Of a DNA stretch of 58,878 bases, positions 47,023-58,878 are shown piece by piece. Under the pieces are notes generated by a model that worked only from the letters and a program-made list of their open reading frames with translations, was not told where the DNA came from and made no database searches. The stretch spans positions 1 to 58,878 of the forward strand of contig JAUCBJ010007139.1 of assembly GCA_032718475.1 (NCBI GenBank). The letters run 5' to 3'. Both the position numbers and the translations under genes were made by a program. Positions within the stretch are counted from its first letter, which is position 1. Each line of letters begins with the position of its first letter. This stretch comes from Nemertoderma westbladi. Lineage: Eukaryota; Animalia; Xenacoelomorpha.

Positions 47023-48522
47023 CTATCTCCATATCCAATATCCATCTCCATATTCAGATGATGTATATCCCTGCCTTTTGGGAGTAGATCGATTCATCAT
47101 CTGCATATTACTAGCTGTTAACTGTTTATTTATGCAGTCTTGATTCTCCTGAATGTTTTCCAATTCTAATTGGGTGGTTTCTTCAGCCGCTTTCCGTTCT
47201 GCTTCTGCCACTTTTGCCTCCGCCGCTGCCTCTGCCGCTGCCTCTGCCGCTTTTGCCTCTGCCGCTGCCTTGGCCGCTGCCTCTGCCGCTTTTGCCTTGG
47301 CTGCTGCCACCTTTCTTTCTGCTTCTGCGGCTACCACTGCTGCTTTCTTTCTGTCTTCTATACGTTTTTTCTTTACTTGTTCTTCTTGGACTCGTGTGAT
47401 GCGGAGTTGTTCATCAAATTTAGCCTGATTCGCAGCCCTCATTTCCACATCGATGGCATCCAACACAAGCTTGGTTCCTTCACTATTAGGGCTGAGTCCC
47501 TCTAACCTTCTCCTCAACTCGTCATCACCTAAAAAACGTTGATAGTCTGACAGATAGATGTCAATGGCATCCCTCTTATGCGGTTTCTCTGCCGTCGCTT
47601 CACTTTCCACTTGGGAAAAAGTAGCGTCTGTTGATTCTCCATGGGTTGAGCGCTCCTCTAGCTGAGCTTTCCACTGAGCTGTTCCTTGAACCTGGAGACT
47701 CACCCGTTGAAACCAAGTCTTTACGGCAACTTGTAACGACGTGTCTTGCCTTCGTTTAGAAGCCTCCTCAAAGGCCGATAATATTAGCCTGATTCGTAGA
47801 ACTCTTTCTCTAACTTGATAAAGCAGCAATCCCTGCTCTTGAGGTCCTTGAGGTTGTTGAAACAGTTGTTCTTTTAATCGCTCTATAGAGCTGAAGAATC
47901 CCTGTGCGTATCCGGCTGCGGACCTCTTCCACACAGCTGGATCTATGGTTTCCTTGGCTACTCCCATCCGGTGTATGTCTTCCCAGGCAGCTTCGGATAA
48001 ATCAAACGGGAGTCCGGGTCCGGGAAAGTTCCATTGCGACTCGACCATGGACTTCAGTTCTTCCCTTGTGTATCCAGCATAACTATCTCTAGTTGAACGC
48101 TGGCTTCTCGCCCAATCGATCTGGTGTTCTTCCACAGCGATCAATAACCTAGTGAGTACGGCTGCAGGAAGGATGAGAAGGGGATCCGTATAAACCGCAT
48201 CCGTCATCTCTGCTCTGCGCTCGGGTGTCAGCTCTACAGTATCCTCACTACTGGAGCTGCTGGGCCGCTGAGTAACAAGCTCCTGACTCGTGGGTTGTTG
48301 CTGTTCCGCTGCTTCTTGGTCCCGCTTGACCTGAGCTCGGGTGCCTATGATAGACCTACGATGTTGGACTAGCCTAGGTTCTGTTATTACTACTGGAGGG
48401 ATGACCTTCCTCACAGTGGGAGGTGAACTGAACTTACGACTAGAGGGTTCTACACCTCTATCTGAGTCGCAGATAGTTACATCTAATAGACTGTCTGACA
48501 GGTTCTGCTTAGTATCAGACAT
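47023..48522 (-). CDS. Unknown 499-aa protein upstream of LINE ORF1 (helical, C-terminal Ala/Glu/Lys coiled coil)
   Basis: Uninterrupted ATG-to-TAG ORF, no introns, 115 bp upstream of ORF1 on the same strand, more GC-rich than its flanks; no recognisable domain. Confidence 0.7.
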   Translation of the reverse strand: MSDTKQNLSDSLLDVTICDSDRGVEPSSRKFSSPPTVRKVIPPVVITEPRLVQHRRSIIGTRAQVKRDQEAAEQQQPTSQELVTQRPSSSSSEDTVELTPERRAEMTDAVYTDPLLILPAAVLTRLLIAVEEHQIDWARSQRSTRDSYAGYTREELKSMVESQWNFPGPGLPFDLSEAAWEDIHRMGVAKETIDPAVWKRSAAGYAQGFFSSIERLKEQLFQQPQGPQEQGLLLYQVRERVLRIRLILSAFEEASKRRQDTSLQVAVKTWFQRVSLQVQGTAQWKAQLEERSTHGESTDATFSQVESEATAEKPHKRDAIDIYLSDYQRFLGDDELRRRLEGLSPNSEGTKLVLDAIDVEMRAANQAKFDEQLRITRVQEEQVKKKRIEDRKKAAVVAAEAERKVAAAKAKAAEAAAKAAAEAKAAEAAAEAAAEAKVAEAERKAAEETTQLELENIQENQDCINKQLTASNMQMMNRSTPKRQGYTSSEYGDGYWIWR

Positions 48523-49887
48523 ATTTGTATGTACAGTTGAATGCCTACTGCTATATTACAGTCTAAGCAAGTCTAGTAATTCAGTATTAACTGCTAGCCT
48601 AGTAATTAATTACCGATACTGCTACTCAGTGTAGCGTGATATATATATAATATATTAAAATACCGGTATGCTTATAGTATATATAAGTATTATTACAGAC
48701 TAGGTTTATCTCAGAATACCGGTATACTTTTAGCACAAATATATATAAATATATAATAGGCCTATCGGAATACTGGTATACAGCTTACAGTTTGTAGTAT
48801 ATATAATTCTGGAATAGAATTAATTACAAGTACCGGTATAATTTCAGCCTAGATTTATAGAAATAAGATAATAGGCCTATCGTAAATACCGGTATATCAA
48901 TTATTTTAGAATAATTGAATTTCTGAACTTTAGGGTTACTTGGTTACTTTAACTTACTTTATTACCGTTATTTAAGCAGTAATCCAACTGATATTGAGAC
49001 CTAATGGTTTTATGGTAGGCCTACTATTTATAAATCGTTAGATTTGATTTATAATGTATTTATACCCGTTTTAATGGGTTTAGTCAATGTTTGAAATAAA
49101 TGTTATTATTTCTGGGGTAATCACTACACAAAGCGGTGCGCTTTTAGTGAAGTGTTACGTATAGGACACTAAAACAAATAATTCTAATTTACCTAAGTTA
49201 CTTAATACTACAAATTACGTACAATTCGGGTGAGATTACAATCTCTAACTAAACACAAAAATTTACAAAAACACAAAATACGAATTTCAGGGTAATTTTA
49301 CAAGAAGTCTACAAACCAGCCTAACAAAGGGTTAGAAAACCGGTTATTACAACGGACAGGATACTACGGTATTTGAAATAATAAGTAGTAGTAAATACAC
49401 TGCGTTGTCTAGATAGGAAAATACCACCGCCTGACGACCTATAGCCGTATCGCTATAGGTTCTACGTTATGTATCACGGAGTGTTCCTACCTAGAAGTTA
49501 ATAGAGCTAATCGAATGTGCCTATTAACCACTTTACAACACAAATATAATGCCTACACTAATTACTTCGGAAAGCACTGTACACTAAACCCTAAATTAGG
49601 TACGAGTACTTGTACAACAGATAATCAGTAGTTAAATATACTTGAACAGCTAAAAGAACCACGGCATCTGCTGGAGTAACCGGTGCACAAAATCACCAGT
49701 CTTTACCTACGCCAAACAGCCCGTGTAGTACCGGGGTTAATTTAACTATAACGGTATGTATAACAAACACAATTATTGTAGGAACAAACTTGGGGAATGA
49801 ATGTTGCGAATAATCGCATAAACTCTGAATAATAAATATTACGCTACGCGTACAAACTACTCAAACAAAATACAGACCGAACACTGA

Positions 49888-50405
49888 CAGACTACTATCA
49901 AGCCTAAACAAACTACGGTATATGCAGACTCCGAAATGATTAGGGAGTATGCGCTCTAACCCAGTAGTGCGACTTATTCTTTAGTTGGGGGTTTACCTTA
50001 CAGCGTTCGCTGCCCCTACTTCCTAACCGTACTTAATCAGACAAATGATCTACACACACTGCAATCCGTTCAGACCTAATAACAGCCGGACAACTATCCA
50101 GCCTACAAATTATCTAAATAAAATTATACGCTACCCGTACAGACTTACACAAACAAAGTACAGACTAAACGATGGCAGACTACTCTCAAGCCTAAATAAA
50201 CTACAGGACATGCAGACTCCGAAATGATTAGGGAGTATGCGCTCTAACCCAGTAGTGCGACTTATTCTTTAGTTGGGGGTTTACCTTACAGCGTTCGCTG
50301 CCCCTACTTCCTAACCGTACTTAATCGGACAGGTGATCTACACACACTGCAATTCGTTCGGACTTAACAGCAATCAGACAACAGCTCAGCCTACAAATTG
50401 TCTGT
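49888..50405. repeat. ~288-bp tandem duplication in the putative LINE 5' UTR
   Basis: Units start 49888 and 50176; core ATGCAGACTCCGAAATG...CCGTACTTAATC identical. Confidence 0.92.
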
Positions 50406-52509
50406 ACAATCTGATCAGGCTTACACGCCTTCTGTTCAATACTGGCCTACAAACAAATAAAACTTGACAGAAATAAGTAAAAATCTCAATAAAAAACCAG
50501 GGCGGGCCCTCCCTGATTAATTATTAAGGCCTACCGGTATATAATTATCAAAATCGAATAATACTGCTGTACCTGTACTGCTGTAGGTACCGGTCCGGGT
50601 GGTTAGGTAGTCAGGCCTACTGGGTACCGGTTGCCGGTACTTCAGCTTTATTGCCTACTGCAATACAGAAGCTATATCCTTTAATGTTCGCGCTTTCAGA
50701 CCTTTGGCAGTTTAACCCACCAAATTAAGATGTCTTCTAGATATTAAATCAGTTTTTAGTCTATGACAAGTATTTGATTCACTACACTAGTCGAAACCAA
50801 TCCGTGCGCGACCATTCACCCGCTGGAGATTCCCGGGAGATTGGGTTCGACGGTTTAATTTTATTGCTATGTAAGCCTAATGTATTATTCGACTGACAGT
50901 ATTATATAATCTCTGACAATATTATTCACCTTCGGGAATATTAACAGTTCCTTTAGGACGTGGCGCTTTATCTATATAAACAGAGTTATGACTTAAACTA
51001 CTCACAACGATATGGCTTAATTATAATTCACATATATGGCGCATTCTTTAGGAATTGCTTCTTTAACAGACTCACTCATACACAATGCTGCACAATACTG
51101 CACACTAATCTGCCAATCTTCACTGATTTTAGTCACATATAAAAGGAACACAGACTGACTCATGTAGGGTCTATCAAATAACATTAGATTCACTTCAAAC
51201 CACTTTAACATAAGTCACAATCGTTATTGGTAACCTTTCTCTCTTACCTTCGGTATATCAAGAATATTGGGTTTTCGGGGTTATTTCTCGTTATTCCAAT
51301 ATAATAATTCATCAACAAATATAATGAATAACCGACAACAAATAGCAGTACACAGTATCGATTGAGCAGGTAATTTTAGCAGTTTCAGCAGTTATTAAAA
51401 GCCGTGTGTCAGCAGTCAGTGTATTCCCAGATCAGTGATTCCATGAGTTTGATCGGTATGTCAGTTAAAGGATATATGCCCTTATAATTAAACCTACTAG
51501 TGTAAGACTAAAAACTGAAAACACGGAGGTGCCAAAAGCCGGTTCTTAGGCTCTGGGCAAAAAACATAACACTGAACTACTGAGTTTCTGTATATACCTC
51601 CAACACAGAGACAACAAACGCTCTGATTGGTCAACCTGAACAACGAGAGAACAAAGAAACAAAGAAACGTCGACGTGGCAATATCAGCTGCTAGCCGTCG
51701 TCATGGTAGCGACACTGTTTTCAAAGTATCCAGCTATTGCGTCACGAGATTGTGGATTATGTCCTCTAAAGTACAAATACAGTACAAATACATAAGAAAT
51801 GACTTTTATGTCCTCTAAAACACCAGTACAGCAAGGACACGGCCTTTTTATGCCTGGCAAACCAACTACAGAGTACTTTAAGGGAAAATAACCGGCTAAT
51901 TACGCAAAAGCTTTTACAATATACCAATATTAATTATCTCAGCTATAGAAACACTTTCTGATAAAAAAAATCTTATACACAAAAAGAAGAGAGAATTACA
52001 CAAAAAAATAATATATGAAAGAGCTTAAAGAACGAACTCGGGCTCTCTGCCTGGTAACTTATTTAGTATCCACTCCTCAGTCAGTACTTAAGAGTTGCAG
52101 GGTTTTTCTTATCGGATTAACAGGGTGCAATATTACTAATTCTAACACGCTTGCTGTCACACCAGGCAGGCGTATGTACTACTACTAAGGTGGACATCTA
52201 TTGCCTAATATTTAATGAGGTTATTTCTATCACCTGAGTGGCTGATTTCTGAGTTGTAGATTCAACATCTAAGCGCTATAGTGTACAGTGTAGTAAGTCA
52301 AGTAAATCTCTAAGATAAATAAACATTAGGCCTACCGGTGTCACAGGCGAAAATGCCCCCCCCCCCCCCACCCCGGGCATTTTGGCATTGTGCCATACAG
52401 CCATACACCCCCCCCCCCCCCCCCAGAGCATTTTCGCCCAGATTTCGAGAGTGGCGGTCCGAAACCCTAATTCAAAGTGAAATCGGGTCCCAAAAGGGTG
52501 TAAACGCTA

Positions 52510-52639
52510 TGCCTACACCTGCACCTACGCCTACACCGACGCCTACACCTACGCATACACCTATGCCTACACATACGCCTACACCTACACCCACACATAC
52601 ACCTACACCTTCACCTATGCCTACACCTACGCCTACACC
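52510..52639. repeat. (CCTACA)n-type hexamer microsatellite
   Basis: CCTACA/CCTACG/CCTATG units directly abutting the LTR start. Confidence 0.92.
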
Positions 52640-53647
52640 TGTAAGCGGATTCAATTCCCTGCACTACCCACCGAAAATGGGCTTAGTGGCATTTTACCAT
52701 TTATAGTTGGGGAGGTGACATTACCAATAATAATGTCACCTCACAACCAACCCAGGCGATACACATCGCCAGCCACAAAGAAAGTTGAGAGGTCAAACCA
52801 TCTCAGAGGGACAAAGGGGCTAGCAGAGGTTAGCGCGTGGGGACAGTGGCAACAGGGAGTGGCGAGGTGACAATTAATCAGGTTAAGCCAATGATGGGTG
52901 GGGAAAACACATTGGAAGTGATTAGAGCGCATCTATTGGACAGGCCAATCAGTAGAATAGAGGTGATTAATATGTGTTAATAATATAACCGTTGCACTTA
53001 TTGATTCTGATGAGATCAGAGGGGCGAACGAGGTACCGAAGTCGCCGACCGACCAGTGGCCGAGGGCGGCAGACGGCCCACCGGAACGGCAACGGTGGGG
53101 CCGATGGTACGGGGCCGGACGAGGAGGGAAGGTCAAGTCCAGGAGGAAGACGTCGGGACGAGCGATCGCCTATGACGAGGGTACAACGCCACCAGGAAGT
53201 TGTTGAAGGACGCTAGAGAGGGAAGAAAGGTAGACCAGCCCAAGTTGTACCGGAGGCTAGGTGAGTGCAACAAACATTTTCGCTACCTAGTCCGATTTGG
53301 GCAGGGGGAACTAGCAAGTGAGAGGGCGAGGAGGGTCGCCACAGAACTGTTCGAATTGTGGCGATCCGAGGTGGTGGAGGCTAGTGTGGTGTACGTAGGG
53401 CCCTATCTAGTAGATGCGAGGGGGATTAAGTTAGTGGGATGGGCTGACCCGCACGACACCGAATCCGAGGTTAACCCCAAAGATTCGGTGTCGTCGTTTA
53501 GTAGGAACCCCAGTAAGCATGGGAAAATTAGTAGGATGAGCAGGCGGCGGGAGTCCGTCGCAACCGAAAAGTCCGCTACATCCTCTGCGAAAGCAAGAAG
53601 CGTGTTAGAGAGAGATCTGGCGTGTCAGCTAGACATTGTCGCGCTGG

Positions 53648-55309
53648 GCAAGTGAGAGGTCCTCCTGATAACTTTATAGAAGTAAAAGTGTCTGAGTCTG
53701 TACTCCCAGATATTCCCATTGGCGATATCTCCTTTGCAGAAGTGAAGGCTGCTGCAAAGAGCATTAAGACCAATCGTGCCAGTGGAGTAGATGATGTTCC
53801 CCCTGAGGTCTTTAAAATACCTGAGTGTTTAAAGCTCATCTATCCCATCATAGTAGACATGTACCGTACAACAAGAGTCCCACAAGAAATGAAAACAAAT
53901 AAGTTGGTGCCAGTTCCCAAGAAGGGCAACCTAACACTCTATGGTTCTTTTCGGGGAATCTCATTGATCTCGATTGCTGCAAAACTATACAATAGAATTC
54001 TATTAAATCGCATCAGGGATCCCATTGAGAGACTGCTACGTGGAAATCAGAATGGGTTCCATAAAGGTCGTGGGACCATGGAGCCCATTTTGGCACTTAG
54101 AAGGATAATTGAAGAGTTATCAAAAAAGAAAGACAGGCATCTGGCTGTTATCTTTGTTGACTTCTTCAAGGCCTTTGATTCAGTCTCTCGCTCACGTATG
54201 TTCAGCATACTTTCATTCTATGGGATTCCTGATGAAATTATTGCAGCAATCAGATCAGTATACGATGGTTCGACAACATTTGTGTCTACTGTTGACGGTG
54301 ACACAGAACCATTTGAAGTGTTATGGGGCGTCCTCCAAGGAGACACACTTGCACCATTCTTGTTCATTATTGTGGTTGACTATGTTCTACGCATGTCCTT
54401 AGATCATCATAATGATGATGGGGTGATGATAACTCCACCTACTGGCTCCAGAAGTCGAGGAAATCCTGCCAAGTACCTAACTGATCTAGACTTTTCTGAT
54501 GACTTAGGAGTACTCTCAGAATCATTAGAGGGAGCCCAGCGGCTCCTCAGCTCATTAGAACATGCTGCTTCTAGTGTTGGTCTTTTTATTAACTCCAGAA
54601 AGACCAAAATTCTGACAGTTAACTTTGAAAGTCCTCAGCAAGTCTCTGATCGGATGAGCATAAGCTCAAAGGATGGTATGCTTGAGCATGTGGACGACTT
54701 CTGTTACCTGGGATCATGGATCCGGAAGTCAGGTGAGGACCTTCGAATACGTAAGGGAAAGGCATGGGTAGCCTTGAATAGGCTTTCCAGGATTTGGAAG
54801 TCACCTAGAATTAATCGGAAACTTAAGGTCCGATTATTTAGAGCAGCAGTAGTTCCAGTACTCCTCTACGGGAGTCCATGCTGGGCTCTAACTGCTGAGG
54901 ACACCAAATCTCTGGATGGCACATTCACAAGAATGCTACGCCGGGTACATTATGTCAAGTACAATGCACACATCTCCAACCAGACACTATATAACATTGG
55001 TGGTGTCTCATTGGTTCCCCCAAGCTTGACACTAGAACAAAATCGCCTCCGCTTTGCAGGACATTGCTTTCGCCGTGAGGACCAGCCAGTGCATAATCTT
55101 GTACTTTGGCAGCCTCATGGAGTGAATAAGCATGGTGGACAGCCCATGACTTTCTTGAGACGCATCTTAAAGGACACTGGCCTTAAAGATGCGGATGATC
55201 TAGCAAATGTCATGGGTGATAGGGAGTTGTGGCGGTGCAATTTTGTTGACAAGCCGGCACAGCATTCTTAAAAATGCAGCTGCAATGCAGCATGCCGATC
55301 CTAGTAGTA
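53648..55309 (+). mobile_element. RTE-clade LINE, 5' truncated, open RT frame, (TAG)n tail, 10-bp TSD
   Basis: RASGVDDVPPE, FRGISL, NQNGF, FVDFFKAFD, GVLQGDTLAP, LDFSDD, DDFCYLGS; TSD GTCGCGCTGG at 53638-53647 and 55310-55319. Confidence 0.95.
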
Positions 55310-55974
55310 GTCGCGCTGGATCAAAAGGAACTAGAGAGACAGCTGGATGAGGGGACTGCGTTACTAGAAAGGGAAAGACAACTAGCCAGAGAGTGCAAGG
55401 AGAGGGCCGAGAAAGTGGCGAGAGATTATAGGGAGCGGGAGGCAAGGGAGGGGTTGTGGGCTGAGAAAGAAATGAGTGAGCGCGAAGAGCGGGAGGTGAG
55501 AGAAACAAACGAGCACAAAGAGCGGGAGGCGAGAGAAATGAACGAGCGCAAAGAGCGGGACGCGAGGGAGGCAGAGAGGGTTGAGAGAGAAGTGAACGAG
55601 CGCAAAGAGCCTGAAGCGAGGAAAGCTGAGAGGATTGAGAGAGAAGTGAACGAGCGTAGAGAACGAGAGGCGAGAGAGGCAGAGTTAGCCGACCAGAGTG
55701 TTAGAGAGGAGAGAGAGAGAGAGAGAGGGCGGGTAAACGAATGGGGGATGATATGCATACCCGGTTGAGGGGTTAATGCAGTATCAGGCGAAGCAAAAGC
55801 GCCGATTAGAACTGGCAAAAATGGGTTTATCAGAGAGCGAGGCTGGTTCGGGAAGTATTTATGAGGAACCAGAGGTGATGGAAACCTTTGTTAATACGGA
55901 CATAGGGGCGAACTGAGAGGTGACGTGGGGGGGGGGGTCTACGGGTACCCCACCACAACCAATTAATGACGAGA

Positions 55975-56325
55975 GAGGGGGGGGGGCAGAATACGTCCCA
56001 CGAGCATCGGCAGATAATGCGCGCAGTGAGTTAAGTGAACCGTAGCACACAACGACGTAGGAAAGGGGGGGGGGGGCAGCAGAAGCCCCACGAGCATTGG
56101 CAGATAATGCGCACGGTGAGTTAAGTGAACCGTGGCACCCAACGACGTAGGAAAGAGGGGGGGGCAGCAGAAGCCCCACGAGGGTTGGCAGATAATGCGC
56201 GCGGTGAGTTAAGTGAACCGTGGCACCCAACGACGTAGGAAAGGGGGGGGGGGCAGCAGAAGCCCCACGAGCATTGGCAGATAATGTGCGCGGTGAGTTA
56301 AGTGAACCGTGGCACCCGATGACAG
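55975..56325 (+). repeat. ~89-bp tandem repeat (4 copies) in gag of BEL copy 3
   Basis: CCCACGAGCATTGGCAGATAATGCGCGCGGTGAGTTAAGTGAACCGTGGCACCCAACGACGTAGGAAAG(G)n; single copy in copies 1 and 2. Confidence 0.92.
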
Positions 56326-58878
56326 AGGATAATGGGATGACTGCGAATATCCGCGGGGCCGTCCAACCGGGCAGAGGGAGGGGCATTGGTGCTGTAAGCG
56401 GCCAAATGAGAAAACGTCGAGCCCACTCGGAAGACGGAAGAAGGACAGTAGAGTTCATCCGGGAGGTCAATACAAGATCTCATGAAGGAGGACATTACGC
56501 TGAAATTAGAAGAAGTGAGGAGGGACGAGGAAGTGTTGCTACAGGCAACAAGAGACGTCGAGAGAGGACGGACAGTGAACCGTCGATAGTTGAACTAGAG
56601 GGAGAGAGCCGGTGGGGTCGTACTCCGGGAGATTGCCGTCGCCCCGGAGAAACACAACCTGGCGAAACATACCACACACCGGGAGAGGGGTACAGAGTGT
56701 ACCGATGTGAGGAGGAATCTAGTGTCGGACTACAACACATAACAAATAACTAATATATAAAATACAGGAGTTGAAACTTGATGCAAATCCAATCTCCATC
56801 TCAGCAAATTAATATCTTGTCTCGGTGAATTAAGACAGCTATATCCATTAGATTACTGGAAAGGCTTGGCCAAGGCGACCTTGGCTTGACCCGCGGTGAC
56901 GTCAACTACAGTATACTGTTAGTTGTCAAATTGTAACTTCCATAAACACATTTTATACTCAAGCCAATAGGAGGGCTCCAATTTCTAAGGAAATAGAAGG
57001 GGATGATTAACAATTTTGATTGGTCTATGATGCATCCGCATGCGGATTCCTTATGTGTCAGTTTACTTTTAGCTCTTCCAGTCCTGTAGTAGAGTAGTCC
57101 TTGACCTATACTGTGGGGCGAGTGACGAAAGTAAGCGAGCTTAGCATACAGGTACCACTAACTCAATCGGTGTGTCTGTTGTTCTGTTGATCTGTTGTGT
57201 CAAATTTTAAACGTTAATAACTCAGCCAAATCTCGATAAAATATATCCAAACTTGGTACAAGTGGTACACGTGGTAGTCTCGCAAAAGTTTAGAAATTTT
57301 CCAAGTTGAATTTGCGTGGGGTCTTAGGGCAGCATCTGTGTAACTGTCTTACAGTTATAATAAATTAATCAGCAGTACCAGTAGCCATACTGTACAACAG
57401 AGAAAAGAAAGGCGAGCAAAGCGAGCCAAAATTTTTAAACAGCTACCGGTAATGCAATTTTTAAGGCGCTTCCATAATTGTTAAACCAACAAATCGGCGC
57501 CGGTTTTTATTTTTGGGAGCGCCACGTGCCAAAGCCGGAGCGCTTTACGATTTTCGAGCGCGCCAAGCGCCACATTGGCGCACTTTTATTGTAAAGCATG
57601 CTGGATTAATCCGACGCAAAGTGTATGGATTCCAGTCTGGACCGGTACTGTTAACTGTTACAGTGGTACAGAGTTACCGGTACCGTCTTCAGGTCGTTGG
57701 TCGTTGGCAAGGCCATCTAAATAACTTCTTCATCTAAACAGCTTCAGACAGTCCGATGTATCTGGACCCGAGTGGATGTGGCATCAAGATGCGATTAACT
57801 GAGGAATAAATACTACGGAATTGCTTGCTTGTTAGTAAGATTCTATTTACTACACTGGGAATACGGCGGTCGGTCGGATCGTAATGCGGGCCACTGCCAA
57901 TTTCATCATGCCTCACTCAGGCCACCCACCTTGGAGTGCGGTGGGAAGAGTCCAACTTACTTCGACGACTGGACGAATCGACGAGGATTGCGATTTGGGT
58001 TTAGCGGCGGCCCGGACAGCTGGATCCTGGGATCGCCGGGGGAAATTGTTGAAAATCGGGCAGACGTGTATCGTACCGGAATACGTTCTCTGCCATGCGA
58101 ATTCTGCGAATTCGTTGTCGAATTGGGTCGGAAGCTGCGGGAATTCTACTGTTCTACGGGAATAAACTGCCGCTGTCCGGTGACTACGGACGGATACTGG
58201 GATGAGCATGTATTTCGATCGGAGTTTCTCGTATTCTCGATTTTCTCGAATTCTCGATATTTCCTATAAACCACATGGCTTTGCATATTGAGCATGTGAT
58301 TGGAAACAAGTTTGTGCTACCCTTCCGCCCCTTGGGTGGTAGATGTCACGGTTATGTATTGGTTGGTAGGAAGGGGTGGGGGGGGGGGGGGGGGCTGCAG
58401 ATTAAAAGGGCTGAACACGTACTGTCCCCCTTTCTTTGATTGATTGTCGGTATGGTTAAATTTCTCAAATACTGATTTTGTGATACAGTCGCTCAATTTT
58501 AATTTGTATCTCATAACTGGGCCTCGTCCTGCGCGAAGGCCCCATGAACGTTAGTGTACACACACACACAGTCTGCGATTTTATAATTACAGTAGCCATA
58601 GCGTACTCTATTAAATAGAGTACGCTATTAATAGAGTCAGAGAGTACGCTATGACAGTAGCCTATACTATAAGCTACAGGTAATGTCAGTAGCAATCATG
58701 TACTGGTATATGCTGATATGGCAGTATATTCAGATGGTACACTAACATACATCGGTACACAAAAGTGATAGAGCAGTAGAGCCTTACAGTATATTGATAT
58801 ACGGTAAGGTACAGGCTGACAGGAAGGCTTTACTGGCTTTAATTTAACAAATAATATCAGAATAGTAGACAAGACAAG

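Larger units (their letters stand above)
42078..50956 (-). mobile_element. Apparently full-length CR1/L2-group (Crack-like) LINE with three same-strand ORFs; 5' boundary tentative
   Basis: (TTGAA)n tail at 42078-42091; intact ORF2, ORF1 and an extra upstream ORF; candidate TSD GACGT at 42073-42077 and 50957-50961, rejoining a GACA-microsatellite repeat (...GGACAGACGT|GGCGCTTTATCTATAT). Confidence 0.8.
52640..56718 (+). mobile_element. BEL/Pao copy 3 (partial 5' LTR 52640-~53006, deletion into gag N-part, split by an RTE LINE, 3' truncated)
   Basis: TGTAAGCGGATTCAATTCC start; DARGIKLVGW..SEVNP.DSVS, DLACQLD, WGRTPGDCRRPG match copies 1 and 2. Confidence 0.9.

Noticed and set aside
52338-52706. 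Pro/Thr-rich 122-aa ORF
   Set aside because: Translation of poly-C tracts and a hexamer microsatellite running into an LTR
53622-53647. N-terminus of the 549-aa ORF as a gag-RT fusion
   Set aside because: Accidental read-in from BEL gag across the TSD of a 5'-truncated RTE

Overview
Animal (probably marine invertebrate; inferred from the TE complement) genomic DNA dominated by nested transposable elements around one host gene, an ABCA-family transporter whose last ~1,480 codons lie in a single 4.4-kb exon (25022-29463, +). Four copies of one BEL/Pao LTR-retrotransposon family are present (1-8852 +, 9518-21027 -, 38785-40718 +, 52640-56718 +). There are also RTE, RTE-X, CRE-like and Penelope retroelement fragments, an intact CR1/L2-group (Crack-like) LINE, two piggyBac-like MITEs and several minimal hammerhead ribozymes. 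The most notable observations are: (1) the BEL/Pao family carries an extra ~750-aa ORF in the env position, with a WRN/EXD/Mut-7-like DEDDy 3'-5' exonuclease domain. It appears to be under purifying selection and is kept even in a copy that lost RT. (2) The same family lacks a tRNA primer-binding site and instead shows a Tf1-like self-priming fold. (3) The Crack-like LINE has an intact, unknown 499-aa third ORF upstream of ORF1. (4) A 290-bp TSD-flanked insertion carries a hammerhead ribozyme nested inside a tRNA-like Pol III cassette. All assignments are by eye from motifs; no database searches were run.
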